64,000 nucleotides of DNA from an uncultured delta proteobacterium. Lineage in GTDB: Bacteria > Desulfobacterota > Binatia > Binatales > Binataceae. Below are positions 49,893-60,861 of the stretch, piece by piece (position 1 is the first letter of the stretch; each line of letters starts with the position of its first letter). Where the stretch lies: assembly GCA_963850125.1 (NCBI GenBank), contig CAWKKB010000001.1, positions 101,546 to 165,545 of the forward strand. The letters are read 5' to 3'. The notes under the pieces are model-generated. The model saw only the letters and a program-made list of their open reading frames with translations. It ran no database searches and was not told the DNA's origin. A program made the translations under genes and the position numbers.

Positions 49893-50699
49893 TCAGCAGA
49901 AAACCATTTTAGCTATGTCCAGGAATTTACCGGGATGTTCCACCGCCGGGCTGTGACCGCACTGGCCGAGCAGCACCACATCCGCATTGGGGATCAGACC
50001 GCCGATACTGACGCTATTTTCCATCGCCGGTATCGGCTTGTCGTCGCGGCCGTGAACCATCGCGACCTGGCATTTGAGCCCTCGAAGTTCGCTCGGGTCT
50101 AGCACGCAGGCATCGATGTACTCTTGCTTGTTGCCGGCGAACATTTCGCCGAAGTAGCCGGCATAGCCGTTGGAACCGAGCAGGGTCATGCGGTTGTCGA
50201 GCAGCGGGTCGGTTATCAATGAATGATCGTAGATTAGCGATTGCATCGCTTGCCGCAGATCGGCGCGAGTCCGGGGAACGCTCCAGGTCAGTTCGAGTTC
50301 GTGATTGGCGACGAACTTGCCGCCCATCGCTCCCGTCGTCATCACCCTAGTGACGCGCGGAATAGCAGCCGCCAATTTAAGCGCGAGCACGGCAGAGACG
50401 GAGTGACCGATGATTCCGACCTCGCCGTCGCCGAGCAGATTCAGGGCGAAACGCGCTTGTCGAAGCCACAGATCGAGATCGAAGTAAGGCTTGGCGGGTT
50501 TCCGAGACGACTCGCCGAATCCGATCAAATCAATCGCGAGAATTCGAAAAGAGCGCTCCAAGTCTTCCAGCACCAGGCGGAAATTGCCCCAGGCGGAGAC
50601 GCCGGGTCCGGATCCATGCAGCATCAGCAAAGGAAAGCCAGAACCTCCAGTCAGCGCGGAGAAGCGCATCGATTCGAATTCGAATTCAGTTCTTTCCAT
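49893..50699 (-). CDS. Alpha/beta hydrolase (meta-cleavage product hydrolase-like)
   Basis: LHGSGPGVSAWGN, DLIGFGES, GHS, HGRDD, CGH. Confidence 0.88.
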   Translation of the reverse strand: MERTEFEFESMRFSALTGGSGFPLLMLHGSGPGVSAWGNFRLVLEDLERSFRILAIDLIGFGESSRKPAKPYFDLDLWLRQARFALNLLGDGEVGIIGHSVSAVLALKLAAAIPRVTRVMTTGAMGGKFVANHELELTWSVPRTRADLRQAMQSLIYDHSLITDPLLDNRMTLLGSNGYAGYFGEMFAGNKQEYIDACVLDPSELRGLKCQVAMVHGRDDKPIPAMENSVSIGGLIPNADVVLLGQCGHSPAVEHPGKFLDIAKMVFC

Positions 50700-50786
50700 G
50701 GGGAGGCTTCCGTATACAATCAAGTTCTGTGCCGCGCGACAACTGCAAATATAGAAGCCTAACTGAGCTTTTCCCTGAAGTAGTAA

Positions 50787-51584
50787 CGGATCCGCATCGC
50801 ATCGGGCGTGCTCCTGATGCCCTTCCACAATCCCGTTCGCCTCGCTGAAGATATCGCGGTAGTCGATGTGATCTCCGGCGGACGCTTCGATCTCGGCGTC
50901 GGGGTCGGCTTCAAGCACGAGGAGTTCGAAGGCTTCGGTGTCCCGTTCAAAGAGCGCGGCGCACGGACTAATCAGTCGATCGAAATCACACGTCGTCTCC
51001 TGAGTGGAGAGACTGTTACCTTCAAAAGCGAATTCTTCGACTTCAAGAACGTCAAAGTGACACCCGAGCCTATTCAGAAACCCCATCCCCCAGTCTGGCT
51101 AGGTGGCTTTACCCCTGCTGCCCTGCGCCGAGCCGCTCGTTATGGCGATGGTTTCACCGTTCCAGGCGCGACCCGCGAGGTATACGACAATTATGTAACC
51201 GAGTTGAAGAAGCAGAATCGGCCCACCGAGAATATTCGATTCGCCAGCGCCTTTTGGTGCCTGATCGTATCCAAGGATCCCGAGAAGACCTTCGCCGAAG
51301 CCGCCGACCATCTAATCCAACAGGCCAACAATTACTCGAAATGGCTATCTGCGGCAGGACTTAGTCCCCTTTCCGAGCATCTGCAAAATCACGAACAACT
51401 GCGCAAAAGCGGATTGCTCCAGGTCGTCGCTCCCGAGGCCGCGGTAAAAATGATTCGGGACTTCGCCAACAACGTCCCCATCACCCACTTCTATTCGTGG
51501 ACGCTACCGCCTGGATTGCCGCCGCGATGGGCTCAAACGCATCTCGAGCTCTTCGCATCCGAGGTGATCCCGGCGTTTCGCTGA
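50787..51584 (+). pseudogene. LLM-class flavin-dependent oxidoreductase, N-terminally truncated
   Basis: RIRIASGVLLMPFHNPVRLAED..SGGRFDLGVG..QKPHPPVWLGG; in-frame TAG TAA immediately upstream. Confidence 0.8.
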
Positions 51585-51666
51585 AATCGGGGGACGCCGT
51601 GACGAAATCGGCTGTGGCATCCAAAGCGCTTCAGCGCCTTCAGGCAGTGCAGCGGATTTTCGAGAC

Positions 51667-54600
51667 TTACTCTTGCCGACGTGCAGCTCGGTCGAGGAGC
51701 GCCTGAGTCATCTCGATGTGGCGAGGCATTCCGATTTGCGTATAAGTCTCAAGCGCTTCATTGAGCAGCGTTTGCGCTTTGTCGCGATCACCTAGAGCGG
51801 CGCGATCGATTAGCATCATGGCGTGGAAGCGCCGTATCTCCGTCTGTTCGAGATGATCGGGATAGGTCTCTGCCTGCTCAAGCGCGATCTGAAAGTGATC
51901 TTCAGCGGCTTCCCACTGACGAGCCGCTGCGGCGGCGATACCGGCGATCGTACGGGCGAAGCGGCGGATTGGCCAGAGGGCTACTGCTCCAGTGTCGAGC
52001 AAATCACCAACAAGTGAATAAAGTTCTGCGGCTTGCGCTTGCGCGCCGAGCATGGCGAGACCCTCAATCACAAGCGCGAGCATAAACCATGAAGCGCGAG
52101 AGTTGTGTTGGCCACGATGAGGCAGCCAGGTGCGCTTTTGATCCAGGATCGCGAAAGCGCCGTCGCGATCGCCTGCGTAAGCTAGTTGTCGAAAAAGCGT
52201 TCCAGTGCCGAACCCCTCGGTATAGCTCGCTGGCTCGGGATCGCATGAGGCCTGGGCATGCAATAGAGCGCCTGCCCAGTCTCCGCGAATGTAATCCACC
52301 ACACTTAGTTGTACCTCGGAGTATACTTCCACAAAGGGCGGCACCTTTCGGTCAAACTTCAAAACCTGCCAGAGGCTGATTTCAAGTTTGGCGAGATCGG
52401 TCATTTTACCAAATTCGCGCCAGGCTCGAGCGCTGGCGCAGATCGCGATCGACATCGATTGCCCTATCTTTCCCGCCAGGGGTTCAAGTTCTTCCGCGAT
52501 ACTCAGCGCCTCTTCGGGGCGTCCAAGATAGAGTAATACCTGATGCAGAATTAGTAACTCTCGCCCGCGCCGCCAGGGAGAGGCTTCTGATCCGCCGGAT
52601 TGTTCGCTGCGCAAGGCATCGTCGGCAGTCTCTTGCAACCGCAGAAAGTGGTAATTTACACTCAGCTGGACATCGCGCAGTCTGGCCTCTAACTCTGGAT
52701 CGGAAAGCTGGGATGCAATGTTAAACCCTTCGCGCAGCGCCTCATCGGCCGGCGCATAGCCCACGGCGGGTGCGCAGGCGTCCGCGAAGGCAGCGAGAAG
52801 ACGCACCCGGTCAGCACTAACATCTGTCGGAAGGTAAGTAAGCCCGCGCTGTGCAGTGTCGACTGCTTCCTGTAACCGACCAACCCAGAAAAACGCTTCG
52901 GTCAACTCAATAAAGCTTCCCCCGGCCATCTCCCGGTCGCCTAGATTGGTGTAAATTTCAAGCACTTCCTGCAGGTTGGCAAGTGCCGCGTCCCAATGAT
53001 CAAGACCTCGCTCGGCCATCGCAAGGCTCGCGAGCAACTCAGCCCTTTGTCTGGGGTCAAGGGCGCCGTTACGCGACAGCGCAGATTGGAAGCTGCGCCG
53101 CGCTTCCTCAAATGCCGCAGCCTCGAGAGCGCTCTTGCCGGCCATCGTCAGGTAACTCACCAGTCTCCCGCCGTCGGCAAACGAACCTGCCTTGAGGAGA
53201 TGGTCCGCGATGTCTCCGGCCCGCTCGTTCGGGGCACCGGGATAGAGCCGGTCGATAGCGTCGGCGACGCGGGAGTGCAATTGCTGTCGGCGGGGAGCCG
53301 AGATGCCCGCAAGTAACGTCTGACGCACCAGTTCGTGGGCGAAGGTAAAGGGCGTCTCGGGTCCCTCGGAGCTCGGGACGATTATCCCCATCCTCTGCGC
53401 TTTCTCGATGACGGTGAAAAGTTCGTCAACCTCGGTCTGGCTGACCTCTGTCAGGAGCCGGAAGCTAAAGCTACGCCCGATCACCGTGGCAGCCGCCAGC
53501 GCGCGTCTTTCATTCTCGCCGAGACGCTCCAGCCGGCGACTGATGATTAACCGCACGTTTTCCGGGACGTCGCTCTCATCGAGTTCGACATCGGTACGGA
53601 ACTGACCAGCCGCATCGAAGACTTTGCCCTCTTCGCTCAGATGCCGGTACACCTCCTCGACGAAGAACGGGTAACCCTGGCTTTCCTCAAAGATGAGGCG
53701 CAGAAGACTTTCCGGAGCTTCACGCTGGCTTAGCCCTTGTAGCATCTGCCCGACCGCGTCTTTGGATAGACCGCTGAGCTTTTGCGGACGAACCCCCATC
53801 CGAATCAGCTCTTCCAGACTCCTGACCAACGCCGGATTAGTATCGGAATATCCGCTCCGGTAGGTCGCGATAATTACAACCGGGAGTTCACCGACGCGGT
53901 TGGCCAGGTGAATCAAAAGCGCCAGCGTTGACTCGTCTGCCCAGTGCAGGTCCTCAAGTATGTACAGCTGCGAAAGTGTTTGAGCCGAGCGGGCCAGCAG
54001 CTCTGAAACACTTTGGAAGAGGTAGTGGCGCCGCTGGGCCGGTGGCAGTTCGAGCGGTTTGGGAAGATCGGGAAAAATTCGCCGCAGCCTTGGAGCGATC
54101 TGGGCCAGTTCGGCCCCATTGTCTCCCATCCGGCGACGGTAATCATCCGGGCTTGCCGCCTGCGCCAGATTGCTTTCGATGATCTCGGCGAACGGGACGT
54201 AGGGTACCGGTTCATCTCTTTCGTAGCAGCGGCCCACAGAGCATCGGAAGCCGCGGTGCGAAGCGTATTCCGCCATCTCCATCGCGAGCCGGGTTTTGCC
54301 CACGCCGGGTCCATCGTAGAGCATGACAATCGATCCGTGGCCGGCGCGCGCTCGATCGATGACCGCGCGAATCGCGCTAACCTCAGACTCCCGTCCCGCA
54401 AAAGCGGTTCGTTCCGCCAGCGAGAACAGAGAAATGTTTGGCACCACTGGCGGGATTTGCGGATCATCGGCACGCCCTGAAGCGCGGTCGCCGCTTGAGG
54501 CTGGCTGCCCGACTGGCTCGATAGTTGCCGCGGCGAACTCCCACGCAATCGGAAATTCGGGGTCAGGCTGGTAGGAGCAGAAGTTGCCGGTCTTGATGCT

Positions 54601-55230
54601 TCGCGCGAACAGCTCCGCCAGCCCTGCGTCGCTCTCGGCGATTCTGTCCAGTACCGACTTGATGGTCTTGCCGATGCTCTGCCGCGCTCGTTCCGAAGCT
54701 GAAGCCGCCTTACGATTACGGCCTCCGAGTCCGACGGCGCGAGACAGTTCTCTCGTCAGTGCATCGATCTCCTGTTCCGCCTGCTCAGCGCGTTCGACGT
54801 TTCCCCGCTCCTTGGCTTCTTCGAGTTCCTCGCGCAGCTCGGAGAGCCGGCGCCGGTACGCAACCTTGGCTTGATCGTCGAGCATCTCGCCCGCGTCCCC
54901 CACGCTGCCGATATGAATCCCCGCCTTTTCGAGATCTTCCTCCCCACGCGGCAGGCCGCGCGCCGATTGACCGGTTTCATCATCATCGCGCTGGCCCGCG
55001 ATGCCACCTGCCAAATCAAGCACATGGAATTCGACCCCGGGATGACGCAACAAATGCGCGAGATACCCGAGCCCTTTGCTGTCCTTTAGACGAAAGGATT
55101 TTTCGCCGTAGCCTACGGTCCAGTATTCGCCCTCTTTGCGGAACACTCCTTTTTGGACAGCACGGATGCTTGGCTTGGCGTCGCCAACACCAGTCAGGCC
55201 AAGTCCATCGCTTCGCGTTTCACGTGGCAT
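51667..55230 (-). CDS. STAND NTPase + TPR protein with atypical N-terminal winged-helix/coiled-coil domain
   Basis: FRKEGEYW..DSKGL.YL..LL..P..EFHVLDL...ERAR...IKTG.FCSY.P; DGPGVGKT; LEDLHWAD. Confidence 0.88.
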   Translation of the reverse strand: MPRETRSDGLGLTGVGDAKPSIRAVQKGVFRKEGEYWTVGYGEKSFRLKDSKGLGYLAHLLRHPGVEFHVLDLAGGIAGQRDDDETGQSARGLPRGEEDLEKAGIHIGSVGDAGEMLDDQAKVAYRRRLSELREELEEAKERGNVERAEQAEQEIDALTRELSRAVGLGGRNRKAASASERARQSIGKTIKSVLDRIAESDAGLAELFARSIKTGNFCSYQPDPEFPIAWEFAAATIEPVGQPASSGDRASGRADDPQIPPVVPNISLFSLAERTAFAGRESEVSAIRAVIDRARAGHGSIVMLYDGPGVGKTRLAMEMAEYASHRGFRCSVGRCYERDEPVPYVPFAEIIESNLAQAASPDDYRRRMGDNGAELAQIAPRLRRIFPDLPKPLELPPAQRRHYLFQSVSELLARSAQTLSQLYILEDLHWADESTLALLIHLANRVGELPVVIIATYRSGYSDTNPALVRSLEELIRMGVRPQKLSGLSKDAVGQMLQGLSQREAPESLLRLIFEESQGYPFFVEEVYRHLSEEGKVFDAAGQFRTDVELDESDVPENVRLIISRRLERLGENERRALAAATVIGRSFSFRLLTEVSQTEVDELFTVIEKAQRMGIIVPSSEGPETPFTFAHELVRQTLLAGISAPRRQQLHSRVADAIDRLYPGAPNERAGDIADHLLKAGSFADGGRLVSYLTMAGKSALEAAAFEEARRSFQSALSRNGALDPRQRAELLASLAMAERGLDHWDAALANLQEVLEIYTNLGDREMAGGSFIELTEAFFWVGRLQEAVDTAQRGLTYLPTDVSADRVRLLAAFADACAPAVGYAPADEALREGFNIASQLSDPELEARLRDVQLSVNYHFLRLQETADDALRSEQSGGSEASPWRRGRELLILHQVLLYLGRPEEALSIAEELEPLAGKIGQSMSIAICASARAWREFGKMTDLAKLEISLWQVLKFDRKVPPFVEVYSEVQLSVVDYIRGDWAGALLHAQASCDPEPASYTEGFGTGTLFRQLAYAGDRDGAFAILDQKRTWLPHRGQHNSRASWFMLALVIEGLAMLGAQAQAAELYSLVGDLLDTGAVALWPIRRFARTIAGIAAAAARQWEAAEDHFQIALEQAETYPDHLEQTEIRRFHAMMLIDRAALGDRDKAQTLLNEALETYTQIGMPRHIEMTQALLDRAARRQE

Positions 55231-55470
55231 TCTGAAATGTCCCCGGACCGTCCGAGCGAATTTCTGGTGAATCGAAAAACGCATTATCGCCCCGACCCTC
55301 AGCCTGCGACAACCCCGGAAGCCTCACAATTTGAGCGGTCATTTTTCACATCTTCCGGGCGGATATTCTTCACGCCTTTGGGGTCGAAGTCGGAGCGCGG
55401 TTCCCTGACTGAAGTTCGCGGAGAACCGACAGTTCAAGCGGACAGCGATGGCAGCAAAGGAGAAGATCTG

Positions 55471-55610
55471 ATGGCTTCCAATCACGGAGTGGTTTATCTC
55501 GGGCCAGGCAAAGTCGAGGTAAAGAGCATCGATTACCCCCAATTGAAGACGCCGCAGGGCAAGAAAATCGACCACGGCGTCATCATCAAGCCGATCACAA
55601 CCAACATCAG
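55471..55610 (+). pseudogene. fdhA: Glutathione-independent formaldehyde dehydrogenase N-terminal fragment
   Basis: MASNHGVVYLGPGKVEVKSIDYP...HGVIIK..TTNI, broken just before the expected CGSD. Confidence 0.75.
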
Positions 55611-55737
55611 TCGTTCGATTCGGGCGCTGCGAAGAAATTCGTCATCGATCCGCATCACAGCGTGGGGAGTTTGAGGCCATTGCCGGTGACCACCGACACA
55701 CACATATGAAAGATGCTGATGGATAAGGAGTTCTCAA

Positions 55738-57210
55738 ATGGATCAACCAAAAAAATTAACCACTGAGAGCGGCGCACCCGTTGCAGACAATCAGAACTCG
55801 CTGACCGCCGGCCCGCGCGGACCGCTGCTGGTGCAGGACTGGCAACTGTTCGAGAAGCACGCCCTCTTCAACCGCGAGCGCATTCCCGAGCGCGTCGTCC
55901 ATGCCAAGGGCTCCGGCGCTTACGGTACGCTCAAGATCACTGGCGATATCAGCCGCTATACAAAGGCCAAGGCCTTGCAGCCGGGTGCGCAATGCGAGTG
56001 TTTCGTGCGTTTCTCGTACGTCGCCGGGGAGCGCGGGGCGGCCGACGCCGAGCGCGACCTTCGGGGTTTCGCAATCAAGGTTTATACCGAAGAAGGCAAC
56101 TGGGACCTGGTCGGCAACAACACACCCATTTTCTGGGTGCGTGACGCCTATAAGTTTCCCGACTTCATCCGCCAACAGAAGCGCGACCCCAAGACCAACC
56201 TCAAAAATCCCACAGCGGTGTGGGATTGGTTTTCGCTATTGCCAGAGACTCTGCATCAGGTGACCTGGCTGATGGGCGATCGAGGTCGGCCGAAGACCCA
56301 CCGGCACATGAACGGCTACGGGTCCCACACTTACAGCTTGATCAACGAGAAGAACGAGCGCGTCTGGGTGAAGTTTCACTTCAAGACCATGCAGGGCATC
56401 CAGTGCATGACCGACGAGGAGGCCGCAGTAGTCATCGGCGCTGATCGTGACAGCCAACAGCGCGACCTCTTTGGATCGATCGAGCGCGGTGACTATCCGA
56501 AGTGGCGCTTCAGCGTCCAAATCATGCCGGAGACGGATGCCGAGAAGACGCCTTACAATCCTTTCGACCTGACCAAAGTCTGGCCGCATGGGGATTATCC
56601 GCTGATCGATGTCGGCGTCATGGAATTGAACCGGAATCCCGAGAACTACTTCGCCGAAGTCGAGCAGTCGGCATTCGCGCCCTCGAACGTGGTACCGGGT
56701 ATCAGCTTCTCGCCCGACAAGATGCTGCAGTTCCGCATCTTCTCCTACGCCGACGCTCATCGCTATCGGCTCGGCTCACCCAACTACCAGGAGCTGCCGG
56801 TAAACAGGCCGCGCTGTCCGGTGCACACCTATAGCCGCGATGGCGTCATGCGCTTCGACGGCAATTACGGTGGCGAGGTCAACTACGAGCCCAATAGCTT
56901 CGGCGGGCCGGTGGAAGATCACCGATTCAAGGAACCGCCGTTCAAGATCTCGGGCGACGCCGACCGCTACGACCGCTACGACCAGCGCCCGGGCGATGAC
57001 GACTACACGCAGGCCGGCAACCTGTTCCGCCTGATGTCGAAGGACGAGAAGCAAAGGCTGTTTGCGAACACCGATCGCGCGATGAAAGGTGTGCCTGAGG
57101 AAATCAAGCTGCGCTGGATTCGCCTCTGCGCAAAGGCGGACGCCGAATACGGAAGCGGACTGGCGAAGCAACTCGGCATCGAGCCAGATAAGGCCCTGGC
57201 TGCTGCCTGA
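55738..57210 (+). CDS. katA: Monofunctional heme catalase (small subunit)
   Basis: [35 protein letters not shown]. Confidence 0.96.
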   Translation: MDQPKKLTTESGAPVADNQNSLTAGPRGPLLVQDWQLFEKHALFNRERIPERVVHAKGSGAYGTLKITGDISRYTKAKALQPGAQCECFVRFSYVAGERGAADAERDLRGFAIKVYTEEGNWDLVGNNTPIFWVRDAYKFPDFIRQQKRDPKTNLKNPTAVWDWFSLLPETLHQVTWLMGDRGRPKTHRHMNGYGSHTYSLINEKNERVWVKFHFKTMQGIQCMTDEEAAVVIGADRDSQQRDLFGSIERGDYPKWRFSVQIMPETDAEKTPYNPFDLTKVWPHGDYPLIDVGVMELNRNPENYFAEVEQSAFAPSNVVPGISFSPDKMLQFRIFSYADAHRYRLGSPNYQELPVNRPRCPVHTYSRDGVMRFDGNYGGEVNYEPNSFGGPVEDHRFKEPPFKISGDADRYDRYDQRPGDDDYTQAGNLFRLMSKDEKQRLFANTDRAMKGVPEEIKLRWIRLCAKADAEYGSGLAKQLGIEPDKALAAA

Positions 57211-57239
57211 TAGGTTCGTGCCAAGGTCTAACTGCCGCC

Positions 57240-57277
57240 CTCGAATAGGGCACAGTAACTCGAATAGGGCACAGTAA
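57240..57277 (+). repeat. Perfect 2 x 19-bp tandem duplication
   Basis: CTCGAATAGGGCACAGTAA twice. Confidence 0.95.
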
Positions 57278-57712
57278 GTGGAGAATCCTCTTATGGCGGA
57301 GAAATATCATTGCCAGCGCTTCAAGCCGAGCGAGATCGCCCGGTCTTTTCCAGCGACTGCTGACACACGGCTAATCGATACCTATCTGACCAACGAACCG
57401 GCTGCGAGCGCCCGAGTCTGGCGGGTCTATCGCGAGCTGCCTCCGCACTATCATGCGGTCTGCGACGAGTATCTCTATGTTCTCTCGGGAAGAGGGATCT
57501 TCTGGATGGGCGACGCCTCGAACGCAGCGGAGTTCGCTCCTGGCGATCTCCTCTTCTTCAAAAGCAAAACCGTTCATGCGCTCCCTAAGATTCTTGACGA
57601 GCCGGTGGTCTTTCTCTCGTTCGACACACCGAGACGCGACCCGAAAGACGTCATCTTTGTCAACCCTGAGGACGGCACACCCGAAACCTTTGTACGAGGG
57701 AAAGAGCTATGA
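57278..57712 (+). CDS. Cupin domain protein
   Basis: PHYH..CDEYLYVLSGRG...PGDLLFF...VHA. Confidence 0.9.
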   Translation: MENPLMAEKYHCQRFKPSEIARSFPATADTRLIDTYLTNEPAASARVWRVYRELPPHYHAVCDEYLYVLSGRGIFWMGDASNAAEFAPGDLLFFKSKTVHALPKILDEPVVFLSFDTPRRDPKDVIFVNPEDGTPETFVRGKEL

Positions 57713-58473
57713 AGTCTGTAGACAACGTTCAGACCCGCAACTCGTCGATCAAACCCTCGGACGTGCCGATGGCAGACGCGCGACCCGCCTTCCGGCGCCC
57801 TAAGATCGTTCTGCCTGTTCCGACCCCAGCGCTGAAGTTCCAAAAAGTGCAGCCCGAAGTTCCAGACACACAGCTCACGCGGGAGGCAACCGGGCTCCTC
57901 CATGAGTTCAGCACTCCGGTCCTCTTCAACCACTCTCATCGCGTCTTCTTCTGGGCCAACGAGCTGGGGCGACAGACCGGACAGCCGTTCGATGTCGAGC
58001 TGCTGTTCGTCTGCGCGGCATTTCATGATCTCGGCCTGCTGAAGAAGTTCAGCAGTGCTGATGACCGCTTCGAGGTAGACAGCGCCAACGCCGTTCGCCA
58101 GTTCCTCGAGCACCACGACGTCCCTGCCGCCCGGATTCAAGTAGCTTGGGACGCAATCGCTCTGCACACCACTCCGGGTATCGCAGCGTACAAGCCACTC
58201 GAGGTGGAGCTTCTGTACAACGGTGTGGGGCTCGATGTGCTGGGCATCGGTTATGAGCACTTTCCTCAAGATTTGAAAAAGAAGATCGTTGATCTATACC
58301 CTCGGATCAACTTTAGACAGGATATTGCGAAGGCTTTTCTCGATGGTTTCGAGCATAAGACCCAGACGACCGAAGGCACCTGCAACGAGGATATTTGTTC
58401 GCATTTCATTCGCAACTATAAGCGGAGCAACTTCTACGATCAGATTCAGGATTCACAATTCGAGAATTCGTAG
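57709..58473 (+). CDS. HD domain protein
   Basis: NHSHRV, FHDLGL, RFEVDSA, WDAIALH. Confidence 0.88.
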   Translation: MKSVDNVQTRNSSIKPSDVPMADARPAFRRPKIVLPVPTPALKFQKVQPEVPDTQLTREATGLLHEFSTPVLFNHSHRVFFWANELGRQTGQPFDVELLFVCAAFHDLGLLKKFSSADDRFEVDSANAVRQFLEHHDVPAARIQVAWDAIALHTTPGIAAYKPLEVELLYNGVGLDVLGIGYEHFPQDLKKKIVDLYPRINFRQDIAKAFLDGFEHKTQTTEGTCNEDICSHFIRNYKRSNFYDQIQDSQFENS

Positions 58474-58534
58474 AGGAAGCGATCCAAAGCTTGATCATCA
58501 AGAGCAAACGTAGAAATCGAAAGGAGCCCGGACA

Positions 58535-59029
58535 ATGGAGAAAAAGAGAATGGCCGAGACGCCAACCGACCTGAGCGGCGATGCCGTCGTAGAGATCTCC
58601 GGCGAGCTGCGCATATTGCTCGCCGATGTGTTTGCTCTCTACGTCAAGACCAAGAATTTCCACTGGCACATGAGCGGCCCGCATTTCCGCGATTACCATC
58701 TGCTGCTCGATGATCAGGGTACTCAAATCTTCGCGATGACGGACGATATCGCCGAGCGGGCGCGCAAACTCGGCGGAACCACAATCAAATCCATCAGCGA
58801 TGTCTCGAAGCATCAGCGGCTCAAAGACAACAACGCTGAACGCGTGCCGCCTGAGGATATGCTGGCCGAGCTTCGCGCGGACAATCTGGAACTGACGCGA
58901 AACCTGCGTGCAACGCACGAGACGTGTGAAAAGTACAACGACGTCGCTACCGCCAGTCTGATCGAAGTCTGGATCGACGAGACCGAGCGCCGCACCTGGT
59001 TCTTGTCCGAAATCGTGGGTGGGCCTTAA
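58535..59029 (+). CDS. dps: Dps family DNA protection protein
   Basis: KNFHWHMSGPHFRDYHLLLD, DDIAERAR, ERRTWFL. Confidence 0.95.
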   Translation: MEKKRMAETPTDLSGDAVVEISGELRILLADVFALYVKTKNFHWHMSGPHFRDYHLLLDDQGTQIFAMTDDIAERARKLGGTTIKSISDVSKHQRLKDNNAERVPPEDMLAELRADNLELTRNLRATHETCEKYNDVATASLIEVWIDETERRTWFLSEIVGGP

Positions 59030-59570
59030 TCGCGGTGAGAGATTGAAATACGACAAGAATCGACGACATACACCGTAGATTTTTGACGCGAAGAGAACTT
59101 CGGCCGATGTTAACTCGCCCGAGGATCTTGAACCAGTAACCACTTAATGATTCAAATCTCGCGCCGTTCTCGCTCGCCGCTTGCGCGCAGCAACGGACGC
59201 GTCGCTGCGTAGTGTTTGCCCGCATATTCTGCGTCGCCGGCGGCGCTATGCAGGTCTCAAACCTGTGCCCGATCTCCAGAATGAGTGCTGTCGGCTGAGG
59301 TCGCCCCATCCCGAGCCGATCACGTTGACCATGGCATGAAGGGCTAGCGCCTGACGCCCGATGGTCTGTGCGATTCGGCCACGATTGCCAGTATCAATAT
59401 CGATTTTGTGCGATCCAGTCTCACACCTGATTGCTTCGGTCTCACGCCTACAGAATAGACCGTCGCAAGTGTGGATCGAGAAGGATCATGCGTTTTTTCA
59501 CGTCTACGGCTCGGAACGCGGAGGTCTTGAAGAGACTAGATAACAAGCAACGCGGATTAGCACGCAGGGC

Positions 59571-60857
59571 TTGGCAATGGATAAGAATGGAAGTCATCGC
59601 ATCCCTGGTACAGAGGTAGAGGAAAGTACAGCCACGCATCACAAAGAAGCGGACTTGACGGGACCTTCAGTATCGGAACAGCAAAATAACCTTCATGAAG
59701 AAGTTGAGCGGCTGCGGGTCGAAGTTGAGTACTTGCTCGACCAGCAGAAAGCCCTTCAGAAAACTCCGCAATCGAACGAGCCACAAATCGGTGATGAGGT
59801 CGAGAACCACGAAGGCGATGACTCCAGCACAAGGAATCCCGCTGGTCGCCGCGGTGTTCTCAATCGGCGTCCGGTCAGACTGGTCCTGGTGCTGGTCGTT
59901 GCTGCGCTGCTGTGCGTGGGCGGGATGCGCTTCTGGAATTACCTGCAATCGTACCAATGGACCGACGATGCCGAGATCGATGGCCATCTCGATCCCATCA
60001 GCACGCGCATAAACGACACCGTCGTTCGGGTCTACGTCGAGAACACCTATCGAGTAAAAGACGGCCAGCCTTTGGTCGATCTCGACCCGCGCGACTACCG
60101 GGTCGCGCTCGAAAACGCTGAGGCCAACCTCGCCCAGGCCAGGCAGGGCGTGAAAGCGGCGCAGCAGAACTACGAGCTGGCCGTTGCCAATCTCAACGCG
60201 GCGATCGCAACGAACTTCAAGGCGCAACTGGATGTGAAGCGCTATGGCGAACTGTTCCAGCAGGCGGTGATTTCGCGCGAGACTGACGATGAAATCGTGA
60301 TGACAGGCAGGGTCGATGCGGCCGCCGTCAACTCGGACCGCGCGGAGGTCGGAGCGACGGCCCAGATGGTCGGCCAGGCGCAAGCCGCGGTGCAAGCCGC
60401 TCAAGCTTCGTTGGATCAGGCCGAGCTCAACCTGAGCTATACGCATATCGTCGCGCCTGCCACCGGAGTGGTCGGCGACAAAACCGTGCAGGTCGGACAG
60501 CGGGTGCAACCGGGCGAACAACTGCTTAGTGTCGTTCCGCTCAACGATATCTGGATCACCGCCGACTTTCGCGAGACCCAGCTGCGCAAGATGCGTCGCG
60601 GCCAACCCGTCACGGTTCACGTCGATACCACCGGACGCGACTACAACGGTTACATCGAAGGCTTGCCCGGCGCGACCGGTGAACTCGACAGTCTGCTGCC
60701 TCCGGAAAACGCGACCGGCAACTACGTCAAGGTCGTGCAGCGATTGCCGGTGAGGATTCGCCTCTACCCGGGAGAGGATCCGGACCATCGGCTGCGCCCC
60801 GGAATCTCGGTCGAGCCGACGGTGTGGGTGACTGGCCAGTCGCAGACTCTATGGTGA
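59571..60857 (+). CDS. emrA: HlyD/EmrA family membrane fusion protein
   Basis: TDDAEIDG, LSYTHIVAP, LLPPENATGNYVKVVQRLPVRI. Confidence 0.93.
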   Translation: MAMDKNGSHRIPGTEVEESTATHHKEADLTGPSVSEQQNNLHEEVERLRVEVEYLLDQQKALQKTPQSNEPQIGDEVENHEGDDSSTRNPAGRRGVLNRRPVRLVLVLVVAALLCVGGMRFWNYLQSYQWTDDAEIDGHLDPISTRINDTVVRVYVENTYRVKDGQPLVDLDPRDYRVALENAEANLAQARQGVKAAQQNYELAVANLNAAIATNFKAQLDVKRYGELFQQAVISRETDDEIVMTGRVDAAAVNSDRAEVGATAQMVGQAQAAVQAAQASLDQAELNLSYTHIVAPATGVVGDKTVQVGQRVQPGEQLLSVVPLNDIWITADFRETQLRKMRRGQPVTVHVDTTGRDYNGYIEGLPGATGELDSLLPPENATGNYVKVVQRLPVRIRLYPGEDPDHRLRPGISVEPTVWVTGQSQTLW

Positions 60858-60861
60858 GACG

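Noticed and set aside
50700-51086. N-terminal extension of ORF 49893-51086
   Set aside because: It is the antisense of the LLM gene; hydrolase similarity starts at ATG 50699.
59667-60788. Long antisense ORFs (this one, 1191-2051, 16290-17210, 24291-25334, 44203-45123 and others)
   Set aside because: Shadow frames of well-supported genes in GC-rich DNA, with no motifs.
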